DNA of 64,000 nucleotides from Euglena gracilis (lineage: Eukaryota). The DNA lies in the NCBI GenBank assembly GCA_039621445.1, contig CP154954.1, positions 9,550,634 to 9,614,633 on the forward strand, read 5' to 3'. A program made the translations under genes and the position numbers. Below, in pieces: positions 10,001-23,600 of the stretch (the stretch's first letter is position 1; each line of letters begins with the position of its first letter). The notes below the pieces were generated by a model. It ran no database searches. It saw nothing but the letters and a program-made list of their open reading frames with translations, and was not told the DNA's origin.

Positions 10001-13000
10001 ACTTCTCTGTGGCATATGCATACCAAATGAAAACTCAGTGACAAATACACAGGCAATAATCCCCCCGATGCCCAAAAATACGACGAGAGAACACTTGCAT
10101 TTGTAAATTAAATTGGCCTTTGCAAGACGCCGGACTCAAAAACGTTCCGTGGGGGAATGCTGCATGATTATTCAGAAGCAGCTTGGCAGGTTTGAACTGA
10201 AAGGAAGGGAGAAATGCTGTCATCGACGCAAGGGAAAAGGTCCTGGGCGAGAGTCCGTGTGCGAGAGCCTCGAAAGGGTGTCGCAGTTGTCCAGACGGGG
10301 AGTTTGAGCTGGGGATTCGGTTGGAGTCTGGGACTTCAGTTGTGACACCCGCCTCTCCACCATAGATCCACTTGGTGGCCCCTGGGGGCACTTTTGCCCG
10401 ACCCAAACCCACCCACTTTTTGGAAAACCCACTCACCCACAACCCCCCCCCCCGGGTCAACCACCCACCCACCCACCCACCCAAAACCCGGCCAAAATCG
10501 GTCGAAAACGCTGAATTTTGCTAGTTTTTATGACATCCGCATGTTTTTCACACCCGTAGACACTAATCCGGCCGGCACGCTCGAATAACTATCCCAGAGA
10601 ACACAATGAGAACCCCCGATGGGTTTCCAGTTTCAGGGCCGTATGACCCTTTCCCTTGGGTCCGAGTGGGCAGGCCTTTGGGTACCCACATTTGGGGTCC
10701 CAGAGGACCCATCCAGATTCTTTCAAATTTTGCTAGTTTTATGAAAATTACGCCGCTGCGGTCAACCAGGTGTTAAATGAATCCATGCTCTCCACTGCCT
10801 CTGTGGAAACTTTAGGGACGGGGCTGAACTCGCATCTCTTGAGGTGTGATGAGTACCTCGGACACGAAGAAGGAATAATGTGACGATCCTGTGTGCTGGG
10901 TTGGAAAACAAAAACCTCTGAAGGAACGGGAAATGGTTTGAAAATCATCGGACGCACATCAGCCAGCGGCACGTAACATCCGGTGGGGAAGTCCACAAAC
11001 ATGAGCAGAAAATCAAAAAATACAAAGCCTTGGGGAACTGGATTTTGCAACACCTTCATTGAGTGGCAGTTAGACATCTGACTTTGGACGCTCACCCCCA
11101 AACGGACCAAACAAAACATGCGATCAGTTGCATGTACATCATGTGTGAGAGTTCAAGCGGCCCACGCGCAACCGACCAGCTCCTGCATTGTGACGTTGGC
11201 GGGAACATACGTATTGCTCACCGAGCCCGGTTGGGCCGCCAGTCAACGTTCTCGGGAAGGTCAGTCACTTTGGGTCTCCCCCACCAGGCTGAATTCAACC
11301 AACCCCTGGTGGGTCTGAGGGTGCCGTGGAGTGCCTGGTCGTGGGCAGAGTTTCAACCAAAAAGAGCCATTGCTGAAATTCCGGCGCCTTCGGCAAGCGC
11401 CCGGGGGCTTTTGCCATAGTGTCCCACCCACCACTCAACAGCCACCGCCTCAAGTCAGCCCCCCCCCCTGGTGGGTTAGCCACACCCTAAACTTCAGCCT
11501 GTCGATGTGGTCACCACTGCCACTCCGGGGGAACGACCCCCCGCAAAGGGCTCACCCAGGGAGAGACTTCAAGGAATGGAGGGTGTTGCCGTTGCATAGA
11601 GAGAGCCACAGGCTGAGCAACAGGACGGTTGGGAGTGAAAATGAACTGCGGCCGGGCGGCTGGCGGATCCGTCTGCTGGGGTTCGGCCAAGACTTGCACA
11701 CTGTGGGCTGAGAGGAGTCCAGCCATGAAAGTGCGGCATGAAAGCGTATTGAAATGGAATCATGAGGAGATCCATGCAAGTACCTGTGCGCCGGCAAGCA
11801 CGCCAATATTGACTGGCCAAATGTCCACAGTGGCAGCGATACAGTGATAATATTTGCACACCATCATCTGGCGCCATTTAAAACTCAAGGTTTTTTGGCA
11901 CAGTGGACAGTTGACCCCCTCACCGTCAACTATTCAATCCAAATTGCGGAGTTCAGCGGGCCACTTTGGTGGAAAGCCCCAGCCAAATCGATGCAGCCGC
12001 CATTGCCGAAGCGCTTGGCGGTACTCAGTGTGCCTCTCCCGGTACAGTGCCCGAACAGTCCCCTCCTTCAACTCGGCTGCAGGACACCGCTGGGGGGAGG
12101 GGGGAGTCTCCAAAAGTGCCTCAAGCTCTGGAATTGAAACTCAAAATTATTCCATTTTACTTACTTGTCCCTTTTATTTTGTCCTTTGGCACAAACCAGT
12201 CAACCAGCTCAACCAGAGACAAAGTAAACTATTAATATCGTGTCATATATATAGTATGAATTTATTTATGTATATTTTATTTATATATTTATTTGAACTA
12301 TAATATTATATATAAAATATATAAATATATATATCGCAAAAATATGGTGGTGTTCTCAATCCAGCAGTTGCCTGGCCATCGGGGACAATGGAAGGACGCA
12401 GCTAGGTTGCTTCTTTCAAACAACAGCCCCGAAAACGTGCGCAAGGATGGGGGACAAAGCGACACAAAAGAATTAAAGGGGGGCGAAAGGAGTTCTGCTG
12501 GGACGTTCCGTTGGGCGTGTGTTGGGACAGGAATGTACAAACATATATGCATGCATATATAGGGGTTTTGAAACACAATTCTCTACAGTTCTCTTTTTTT
12601 AGTTTTTTCTGGGATATTTTTGGAAGGGGTTTCAAAGATTGGAGAGGGGGCTTTTAAGGGGTGTATGCCCCAGCTTTCTCGGATTTTCAACAAATGTCCG
12701 GGACTTGTTTTCGAGTTTTTGGTGACGTACCAATTCAAAAAAATATTATTTGTTGATCAAAACAGAAAGAAAAAAAAAGCGAAGACCTTCCACAAGCAAA
12801 AAACAAAGGTGAAAAGGAGATTCTTATGTCCAAATCATTTGAACTTGAAAAAAGCCAGAGGGAAAACAACAAAAGACCAAAACAGACAAAAAATGCAAAA
12901 AAAAATGTGTCCATGCCGCATCTGTGTATTGCCGCATTCACAGTGTGAAAAAAATGCTCACCTCTGAGAGGCCGAAAGAAGCTTTTTTCTCATAAAAGCA

Positions 13001-16000
13001 CAACCTCATTTCCATTAAGGTGTGCCTTTGTCAACGCATGTGGTTATCCAAAGAAAGCCAATGTGCACAGTACACAGGACTACTTTAAAAAAAGCATGCA
13101 GCCCAGACGAAACGCCATACGACGCCGCTGGCCCGCCCTGACAGGGGACAGCCCCGCCTCTCGGATCTGAGCTTCGCGGATCCGCCAGCTGTCCAACACG
13201 GCGGCGATGCAATGATTCTTCGCCCTCAGGTACGAGTTTGCCGGCAACATCCTGCTCCCTTCATTGGCAAAAGCGGGCGGCATTTATCCCAACCCGTCGG
13301 TATTGTGTCCACGTTGCATCAATTCCTCAGGGGAGTTGGGATGAATGACTCCGTATGTAAAATTTGGGTATCTCGAAACCACAGCTGAAAGCTCACAATC
13401 CTTTGCCGAATCTGGGGACTTGGTGCCCCCCTGCCCAGAGTCGGCAGCATACTCGTGAAGGAGCTCCATCAGAAGAGATGTGGTGCAGGTGCTGTGCATC
13501 CGTGGCAGGCCGACTCCCGGGAAAAAAAAAACAAAAAGAGTGAGTTGGCGGTGAGAATTGTTTCAGCCGTCAAAAAACTCAAATTGCAAAAAAAATTGCT
13601 TGTGCCCATGCAGTCACGATATGCTTTCGTCAACTGGCATCGCTGAAGCAGTCTATATTTGTTCATCTTTTCATTGTGAACGCTCCTTTCTATCGTCCTC
13701 CCACTGCGCTTTGATTCCTTTCAATGTGAACTTTCAGGCAGTTGGCACTTTGGAGAGGGGTAGGCATTCATTGTTCGTTGTGTTTCTTTTCGGAGGGGGG
13801 TCGGAATAAATGGAGGGGAAGTTCAACTGCCATCTTCTGCCGAAAATGAGGGTGCTACGCCGCTGACGAGCCATCACATTGCACAATGACCCCCTAAAGA
13901 AGAAGGAAAAGAAGGGAAGTTGCTGTTTGAGGCGCCAAACCCTCACAAATTTGATTCCCTCCAGAAAAAAAAGGCACCAGAGCGTGCATCACCAGGGCCA
14001 ATAACATGAATGATGCACAAGATACGCTGCTCTTCTTTTACAACAACGCATGCAACAACACATTATCGCTTTCCTTTTGAAAAATGCTCGTGATGGCCAG
14101 AAAAAATATCCTATGCTGGTGCTGGTGGGCACGGTTTTGAATGTTGGGAGGTTGCCAACTGTTTTTGTCAGTTTGGGAGATTTAATTCAAGATGATTGGT
14201 TGGCAGCTTCCCCATTGGCAATCCAAGCGTTGGCAGCATTTCATCCACCAGGGAATTCTTCTGGAAGTTTTTGTTCCAGCCCCTATCCTAAAATTAGGCA
14301 ACCAGGATTTTTCTTAAGGACCCGGGGGTGCCCGCCCTAGAGGATCTTAGTGGGGGGGTCCAGGACCTCTTTCCCAACCAGCAGACACCAGCCAGGCTGT
14401 AGAACCAACCCGCGGGTTCGGGCCCGATGAAGCTGGCTTGTGTCAAAAAAATTTCACCACTGTCAAATTTTCACGGTCAAATTTTCACGGCTTTTAGCGC
14501 AAGGCGGTGAAGATCTTGACGGCAAAAAAAAAATTGGATTTTTGACAGGTTTGACGAATTTAACAAAATACTGAAATTTGGGGTTCGTTTGAGTTTGGGG
14601 TTCTTGCAGATCGATAAATGGTCACTTAAAGTGCTTATCTGTTTCACCAAAAGATCAAAACATGGTGGCAACACATTTTTGGGAGTCAAAATGTGTGCCT
14701 TCACATTTGCATTAAGAAAAAGAGTAAAAACCGTAGACATAGAGTGTTATTGGTTACAAAAAGCAGCTGCCAGTTGGTATTTTTGGCTACTTGTTCCCTT
14801 CATTCTACTTGCAGTTTAAAGAGGTTGCTTGAATTTGCATTTTGGACAGGTCCCATTCAGCAAATTGAACAGGTGAGGGATTCAGCTAACAGCACGTGGC
14901 GAATTAGTTATAGGCCGCAGGAGTATCAGCACACATCGAACCTTGGGCAGCAACCCCCCGCTCCCCTCTCACCCCACGATTTGTGGCACTTGACACCAAA
15001 TTAGCCGTAAGCCACTGCGCAAATGGCGCTGAGTACTTCACTTCTTCTGGTTCTGTGGCATATGGATCCATGCCCTGCCATTCACAAAACCTCCATTCAC
15101 ACGGCCGACGGCGCAGCGGGAGGAGGGCGTCGGACACGTGCTTCCGCAGCACCGCGAGGGCTCGGCAGTACCGCCGAGCCCGCTTGGCCAGCGCGAAGCG
15201 CCTATGGTCATCCAGGATCCCACACCCAGTCACGCCCCAGTCACGCCCCAGTCACGCCCCAGTCACGCCCCAGTCACGCCCAGTCACGCCCCAGTCACGC
15301 CCCAGTCACGCCCCAGTCACGCCCAGTCACGCCCCAGTCACGCCCAGTCACGCCCCAGTCACGCCCCAGTCACGCCCCAGTCACGCCCCAGTCACACCAC
15401 AATCAGTTCATAGGTGCTTGGCCAGCACGAAGGTGCGGCTCCCAGCTGTCAGGAGGAGGGCCTCCGCCACGATGTCCACCACAGCGTTGAGCCGGGGCCC
15501 GTACGGCGGCCCGGCAGGCGGCCGCCCACCTGATGGGCCCATGGGGTGTTTTGGGGTCCCCCCGGTCAAAAGAAAGACCCCCCCAAAGAATAATGCCGGC
15601 ACCTCCAGGAAAAAAACAGCGCCCCCCCCCCCTCCGGGGTGATTAGGCGGGGCTGGAGTGACCCGTGTGGAAAGTCAACGTGGGCCAACCAAAATTAAGA
15701 AAACGCCTTTTTTTGCTTAAAATGAAAGTTGGATGGCGGAAAGCGGCCGTCCAATGAGACCGCTGGAGTTAACTGGAAGCGAGCGGCAATCTGGCCGGGG
15801 GGTCTCGGAGCCGGTGCGCGGCGGTGAACTGGGCGTACGTCGCGAGGAAGGCCACCCGCGGGTTGGCCCCGTGTCCTTCTTCGCCGAAGAGGGCAGCTTG
15901 GCAGAGGGGCGGAGAAGCTCTGGGGTGCAGCTTCTCTCCTTTATGAAAGGCATACCATGTGCAAAAAAAAACTTGTCTGAAGTGACATGGGGACGGTGTT

Positions 16001-16955
16001 GACCATGGTGGGTCAACAGGAACGATAAATGCTGGTGTCATACTTAGTTTAATGGCACTCAAGACGACACACAAATGGAAAAAATGGACAAATGGGTAAA
16101 CCAAAAATAATGTGAAATATTGCACACAGAATATGATGCAAGAACATTGATATTTGCATAAAATAACCGAGCTAATCTCGTGATTGCGAGTTCTTGGGAA
16201 AACTGGAAATAAAGATTCAGCCAGGGAATTCCTTGCGGGAGTCCCGAGGGCTGGCTGGAAAAAGGTGCTGGCTAGAACTCCTCCCCCCCCCCAGAATAGG
16301 TGGGGTCCAGGGGGGGGTCCTGGCTGCTGGGCTGGTCCCAGTTGCCACCCAAAAACAGCTATATCCAGCTGCGTTGGATTTTTTTAGACGAATCAGCCAA
16401 AAAATTCAATCCTAATGAAACATATCGGTAAGTGTTTGAACAGCTTCTTTAAAATAAAACACATCTGTTTCTGATTTTGGATTAATATGCATTCATTCAT
16501 ATGGATTCATTCATTTGTAGTTGGTGCTGTGGTATGTGGACTGTTTCAGCCACTGCAGGTTCATACATGGGTATACACGTTTGGCAATTTTGATGTGTGT
16601 TTGTGTGTGTGTGTGTGTGGCTGTTTGCAAAAAAAAAAAGATGCGGATTGGCCCTTCGGCAGCACGAATTCGCATACCAACTCTTCAACGCTTTCCCGGC
16701 AACCTTTGCAGGAATCCATTTCCGATTTGACATCTGACATCTGACATCTGACATCACCGCCACGAAAGTGCCGGCGGCGTGTGAACAGATGCCTGCCCGC
16801 CCGTTGCCATCCCAGCCCCTGCCGGGCGGCGCAGAGCGACGCCCACTGCGGCGAGGCGGCAAGGCGGCCCCGGGGCATGGCCCGCCGCCGCTCATCGGCC
16901 CCGGGGGGGCATGGCCTGCGGGGCAGGACGCACACACCGGCAGCCCCGCCTGGCG
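6400..16955 (-). CDS. Multi-exon gene A, uncharacterised protein, paralog of gene B (ends uncertain; candidate further exons at ~4.9-5.15, 17.6-18.0 and 20.65-20.77 kb)
   Basis: Exons whose translations align in order to gene B: ~16765-16955, ~15790-15905, 15417-~15528, 15114-15182, ~13110-13226, ~11985-12092, 11631-~11700, ~11156-11200, ~10790-10830, ~10230-10285, ~9670-9775, ~8170-8330, ~6400-6530. Confidence 0.75.
6567..7035. repeat. Compound (CA)n / (GA)n microsatellite
   Basis: Imperfect CA repeat 6567-7003 followed by a GA repeat. Confidence 0.95.
8170..8330 (-). CDS. Gene A exon
   Basis: LPQSPGTGRG..EPAPAEPRRPAGFTARLFSKVRQR matches gene [11 protein letters not shown] (~35.92 kb) and [21 protein letters not shown] (~34.9 kb). 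Confidence 0.65.
11201..11630 (-). other. Nonconventional (non GT-AG) intron in gene A
   Basis: Removal joins QFIFTP|ANVTMQELVGCAWA, matching contiguous [20 protein letters not shown] in gene B. A GGGA direct repeat lies at both junctions, with imperfect inverted ends at 11204-11220 and 11614-11630. Confidence 0.7.
11985..12092 (-). CDS. Gene A exon
   Basis: PAAELKEGTVRALYRERHTEYRQALRQWRLHR versus gene [33 protein letters not shown] (41322-41435). Confidence 0.85.
13110..13226 (-). CDS. Gene A exon
   Basis: HCIAAVLDSWRIREAQIREAGLSPVRAGQRRRMAF versus gene [36 protein letters not shown] (43550-43680). Confidence 0.85.
15114..15182 (-). CDS. Gene A exon
   Basis: RARRYCRALAVLRKHVSDALLPL versus gene [18 protein letters not shown]. 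Confidence 0.85.
15183..15416 (-). other. Nonconventional intron with 16-bp flanking duplication, terminal inverted repeat and internal 11-bp minisatellite
   Basis: cttggccagc(g/a)cgaag occurs at 15183-15198 and 15417-15432. Inverted ends are cgcctatg (15199-15206) and cataggtg (15409-15416). (cagtcacgccc)n spans ~15227-15398. An in-frame TGA lies inside. The intron is absent from gene B. Confidence 0.8.
15417..15528 (-). CDS. Gene A exon
   Basis: LNAVVDIVAEALLLTAGSRTFVLAK versus gene [26 protein letters not shown]. Confidence 0.85.
15790..15905 (-). CDS. Gene A exon
   Basis: LFGEEGHGANPRVAFLATYAQFTAAHRLR versus gene [30 protein letters not shown] (54065-54165). Confidence 0.75.
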
Positions 16956-18303
16956 GACAACTTTGCCCAACCCCCGGCCATGGGTTGGGCTGTCGGCTGC
17001 TACGGGACGGCCTGGTTGGTGGTCGCCCCATTTTCCATCTTCCACACCTGTATATACAGACATATGTATACATATATACATATATATGTGTGTTTGTATA
17101 TATACATATATGTACATGTATATATATGTACGCATATGTATATATGCATGTATATGTGTGAACACATATATATACACACACATATGTATATAAATAGATA
17201 TACATATACAGGTATATATATATACGTATATATCTCTCTCCCATCTTTCAGAGCACTGTGCAAGGTCAAAAGCGGCACCCAACGAATGATGGGAGTAAAG
17301 ACCTCCCCTCCCACTTGTAGGGTTGCTGGGACGCCGGTTCGATCCAGTCTCTGGGGTGACGGGTCAAAGTTTGGCGAAAGCAGCAGCGGAGCAATACCGC
17401 AGCACCAGAGTTGCCTGAGAACTTGTTATTGAATGGAGCACCAGAGCAGTGGGGGAAGCGCAACATTGGGCAAACGGAAACTTAAGACGCAAAAGCAGAG
17501 AATGAAAAAAAAATAATCTTTTTTTTGAATGCAGGAAAACCGTGGGGAGAGGGAGATCGCTGATTTTTTGGAGGAAAAACGCAACACCACCCAACGCAAA
17601 AGAACAGCTGATCCGGAAGGGTGCTGACGGAGCGAAGAGCCTTCACCGGTGACCCCTGCGTTTTCCTCCCAGCCTGCCAATTCCCTCTCGTGACACGTTT
17701 CCAGGGGCCGTGTTATGTCACTTCTGCGGTGTCCTGGAACGCTGGAAACCAACTCCAACTCCAACTCCACGGACAAGGGAGTGGCGTCCAAGTGGGGGAA
17801 AAAGTGGGGTACTCACAGCACGCCACTGAAAATTGCAGCACAAGTCCGGGGAGATACATGAAAGAGTCGGGCCATGAGCGGCCGACGAGCCCCCATCTGA
17901 GGGAGCTTTAAAACACCAGCCGAGTGCACATCACAGCTGCACCATCTGGGACGCCATGCCGACGCCCATCGTCTCAGCACTCGGCAGCACTCGGGCAGCT
18001 CGGCATGCATGACACAAAAAAAAATCGAAAAAAAAACTTTTGATTCAAGTACACACACGTGCACATCTTTAATTCTTTTTACCCTTGACCAAAGAGTCAA
18101 ACCCCACTGTCAGACAAACCCGACAAATGTCAGCAACAAACCCTTGATGTTTTTTAAATGGTCAACCAGAAAATCTGACTGGACTGATCGTCAGGGAACC
18201 AACTGCTCTCGGGCTCCAACCCCAAAGAGAGTTGGTGGTGGGGGTGTAGAATATATGCATATGCCTGTGTGTGTGTACAGATATACACACACACACACAC
18301 ACA

Positions 18304-19939
18304 TCACTTACATAAGTACATACATATGAAAAGCAAAAACAACGAATTTTTTTTGCTTTTTGAATAACTTTTTCTGTGTGCGTTGTCAGGTCCCGAAAAC
18401 AACAAAAGTGTATTATATTAGGATAGGAGGACAAATGATGGTATAGGTCCCAGAACTCGACGAGACACCTAGGTATGGTGAACTGGTGGTACCCCCGGGG
18501 TCCCTTCCGACGGAAAAATTTTCGTCTCGGGGGCCATTTTGGGGTCAACAAATCGATCTTTCCAAAATATCTCGAAACCCGTGGGGAATTGAAGGAAACA
18601 CCCCCCCCCATGCAAAATTGAAGCCCCTGGGACCCCCCAACCACTGGTGGAGACCCGGGGGTCCAGCTTGGCCCAGATACGGGCCGTCGAAGGTCCAAAA
18701 AAGGGGGCCCCAGGGGGGGGAGACAGGCAATTTTGGCCATTTTGGGGTCAAAAAATTGATTTTTTGAAAATTACCCAAAACGGATGGGGAACTGCACGGA
18801 CCCACCCAGGGACCCAAACCAACCACAGGGGACCCCCAAGTGGCTCGTATACACCCCACATACCCCCGGCCCCTCCGGACCGTTTTGGGGCCCGTACGAG
18901 ACCCCGTACCGAGCTTCGCAAAATGGGTACCCACATGAAATTTTTTAGCCTTAGTTTTGGCCCGGCCCGCCGGCCTGCCTGGCTGGGCCTCCGGGCAGCT
19001 GGCCGGGCCCGGCCGGGCCGTGCCGCCGGCCGTGCCGCCGGGCCGCCGGCCATGCCGGGCCGGGCCAGGCCGGGCCGTGCCGTCGGGCCGCCAGCCGTGC
19101 CGCTAGGCCGCCGGCCGGGCCGGGCCATGCCACCGGTCCCGCCGGCCATGCAGGGCCAGGCCGGGTCAGGCCATCGGGCCGCCGGCCGGGCCGTGCCGCC
19201 GGTCCCGCCGGCCGTGCCGGGCCGCCGGCCGGGCCAGGCCGGGTCAGGCGGCCGGCCGGGCCAGGCTGGGCCGTGCCGCCGGGCCGGGCTGGGCCGGGCC
19301 GCAGGGCCACCGGCTGGGCCGGGCCGGGCCGCGGCCATGCCGGGCCGGGCTGGGCCGTCCCGTGCCGCCGGGCCGCCAGCTGTGCCGCTGGGCCGCCGGC
19401 CGGGCCGGGCCATGCCGCCGGCCGTGCCGGGCCGGGCCGCGCCGAGCCAGGCCGCCGGGCTGTGACGCCGGGCCGGGCCGGGCTGTGACGCCGGGCGGGG
19501 CCGGGCCGGGCCGCTGGGCCGCCGGCCGGGCGGGACCGGGTCAGGCCGCCGGACCGCCGGCCGTGCCGGGCCGGGCCGGGCCGGGCCACCGGGCTGGGGC
19601 GGGCCGCCGAGCAGGCCGGGCCGGACCGCCGGCCGTGCCGGGCCGGGCCGGGCCGTGCCGCCGGGCCGTGCCGGGCCGCCGGCTGGGCCAGGCCGGGTCA
19701 GGTTGCCGGGCCGCCGGCTGTGCTGGGCCAGGCCGCTGGCCCACAGGCTGGGCCGGGCCAGGTCAGGCCACCGGGCAGGCCATTAGCAAATCCATAATTC
19801 GAAAGGCTTTGTGCATTCGGCCTGAAAAGGAGATTGATGGGAAAATTGCGACCACATTGTGAGGATGTGACTCACCACGCTTTTGGGGGAGGGGGGGGTG
19901 AGCGAAGATCACGCGCGTAGCGAAGCCAGCGAAGACTTG
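18304..19939 (+). mobile_element. Non-autonomous Helitron-like element, copy 1
   Basis: Starts A|TCACTTACATAAG and ends GACTTG|T. The left ~480 bp and right ~150 bp recur at 47947-49388. No TIR or TSD. Flanked by CA/TACA repeats. Confidence 0.6.
18958..19780. repeat. Extremely GC-rich degenerate minisatellite (GGCCG/GCCGG units)
   Basis: About 820 bp of ccgggccgggcc / gccgtgccgccg variants. Confidence 0.9.
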
Positions 19940-20647
<708 letters not shown>

Positions 20648-23600
20648 GAATAGCGTCGGAGCAAAGTGTCATGGCGCCCTTGTGGATGCAGTGCACGGGG
20701 AGAGGGAGATCAAGAGCAATGGCATTGCTGGCCAACTCTCCTCCAGTCCAGGCTTTGAGACGGAGCATCCACCATACATCTGTGCCCTATAGTGTCAGCT
20801 GCCATGCTCAGGGGTGTTCTTAAGGACCCTGGGAGGGGGGGGGTCCCGCAGGCCGGCTGGAAAAAAGGTCCTGGCTGGACCCCCACCCATGGGGGGTGGG
20901 TGTTCCAGGGAGGTTCGAGCCCGAATGGCAGCTGGACCCGACAGCTGCCAAAATGCCCCCAAAAAAGTCCAAATCCAGGAGGGTTGGAATTTTTCAGCCA
21001 AATTTAGGTGGAAAAAATCCCAAAAACCACCCAAAAAGGCCATTTTTGCCCATTTTTTGCCGCTGTTTCCAAAAACTTGGTCCAGCCCAAACGTTATGGG
21101 TCCGGAGGGGACGCCCAGCTTGGAGGTGCTCGTTAGAAAAAAAAGGTGCTGGCTGGCTGGACCCCCCCAGGGGGTAGGGTCCCCTCCGGCTCAAGGAAAC
21201 CCCTGGCCATGCTGGAGTCAGAGGTTCTTAAGCACTGGGGGAGGGGGGAGGAGGCACCCACCCGCCTCAGGGGTGCCCTGGGGGACCTCGGGGGGCCCCC
21301 AGGGGGACCGGACCCACTTTGGGGGCCACTTTTGGTCCGGTTCTGGGTCCAAAGAAAACCCCCTGGGTGGGGTCTGCCCCATCGCGGTCAGTAATATGAT
21401 CAAGCAAAAGGGTGAAATGGTTTTAAAGACTGAAGTGAGCCTTGACCTGGAAAATCTGTGCAGAAACGGGTCCGCAAACGTTACTCGAATGGTGGCGAGT
21501 GGTAGGATTGTTAAAATAGATGTTTTATGTGGTATGATTTTCAAGAAAGAACACCCACAAACACCACCGTGCATCCCTGTTTCGCGGACCGTCTTCTATG
21601 TGCTCCCTTTCACAAACGGAGCATATATGTTTCGCTATAAAATCCAAACACAAATGGTCTGCGTTGAAACTTGGGGGAGGGCTTAGAGTACAGAGCACAC
21701 CTACCCCCCCCCCTCTAGAAGCTGTCACCAAGCAAATCAATGAGTGCACACGTGGGGTGAAAATTTTCTGGGAGACCCAGGGGTGCAGGGGTGGACTTTG
21801 CAACATGACAATGAGTGCAGTACCACAAATAATGTGTTGGTAAAATCATGAGTGCAACGCTACACAATCAAAAAATTTCAGCGCCCATCCGAAACATCCA
21901 TCCATCCATTCATCCCATCAACCAACCAACGACTTTTGTGAGCATCCGTGAACATGTGCAGGTGAAAATGCAGGTTGCGTTCAAACCAAGCCAATCCTGT
22001 CAGAAGACCCCTAGAATATATAACGCGCCTTGCGGTAATGAAGGAGAGTCAGAAAGGGGCAGCACCTGACGTGAAGGCCTGCCACTGACAGCAGCAGTCA
22101 CGCGCGACGCGGCAGGAGGATAGACCCCTGGACGAATGGATTGTGGGCGACGATCGCATGGACCCCAGGGGGAGGCGGTAAGCGCCGCATGAGTCCGGTG
22201 TTGCCACGCCGAGAAAGTCCCTGGTTTGGCACAAATATACCCCATTTGGGGAGAGAAAGAGCACCCTTACCACCAACTTTCAGAGACAGTTTCCTTCATT
22301 GTCTTTTTTTCCGCTACGTTTTCAAAGGATAATTCCCAGGCAGCAGGCTGGGGAAGAAGGTCTGGAAACGAGACCTATGACTCGACCCGTCCTCCCAGCA
22401 CCACCACAGGTGCTGGTCATGTAATTGGAAATGCAATGCAAAAAAAAAACAATAAATGCACCAAGGTAATTCCTCAAGGAAACTTCAACAATAACATCGA
22501 TAATATCATTATAAGTCAGGGAGGGGAACAAAACATGGACCCTCGGAAAACGGGACGCAAAAAAAACACAAAATAAACACAAAATAAACGCCAAAAATGC
22601 AAGTAGCATGTAAATTCCTGCAGAAGCTCCCCCCGGGATGTACATTTTCTGGTCGAGAGGAAGAATTATCACCCCCTTTTGGGGAAAAAATTCATTCTGC
22701 AACATTAAAAATTGTGCAACATGAGCCATATTTGAGACAATGTTTCGCATTTTTAACAAAAAAAAATATATTAAAATTAACACAACAAATATCAGCAAAA
22801 AAATGCAAATTGTGCAAAAAAAAATGCAAATTGAGCAAAAAAACTTTGAGCAAATTTCAAAATTTTGATTAAGTTTTGATGTATATTATTGGTTAAGTTT
22901 TGGGAAAATGCTGATTCAAAATGCGCAACTTTCGGCAAAAAAAATGAAGTTTTTCTAAGTCCAAAAAAATTACACCGGAAATCAAAAAATAAACAGAAGA
23001 AAAACACACAGAAAAAAAGACGCAAAACATGCAAACTTTGCCAAAGTTAAAAACCGCAAAAAAAACACATTTGCGATTCTCCCCTCCTGTATCATTAAAA
23101 TTATGATTAAAATAAAGTTCAAATGACGAATATTTGTTTTTGTGGAACATACCCAAATATCAAAAAAAAAGGAAAACGCATTTTGTTCAAGAGTGAAATG
23201 AAAACATTTTTTTCCAATTCCCGGTGCGCAGTGCAGGAAGGTTTTTTCTCCTTTTTGGAACCTGCCAAGAAGAGCACCCCTCCCAGCATCCAGGGGGCAT
23301 TCAGGATTCTCCCCCATCACCATGACGAACGACATGGGGGAACCCCCCCCCCGCCACCTACTTCAATACCGAAGGTCCTGCCTTTTGACCTGACATTTTC
23401 TCCAGCATTTCACTGATTTTTTTTTGCACAGGGGAGGAGGGGTCTGGAGGAGGGGAGGAGGAGGCCTCCTTCTTCCTTACTCAGCACTTGAGTACAGCCA
23501 GCCAGAAACTTTTTCCAACATGCAGCTGGCCAGACTCGCCCCCAGGGGTCTCTGGGAACCCCCAAACTCGTTTTTGTGCAATTTGTTTCGAAAACTGCAA

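Noticed and set aside
11153-11155. TGA as the stop codon of gene A
   Set aside because: Homology to gene B resumes at ~10830 and continues to ~6.4 kb, so this is more likely the start of an intron.
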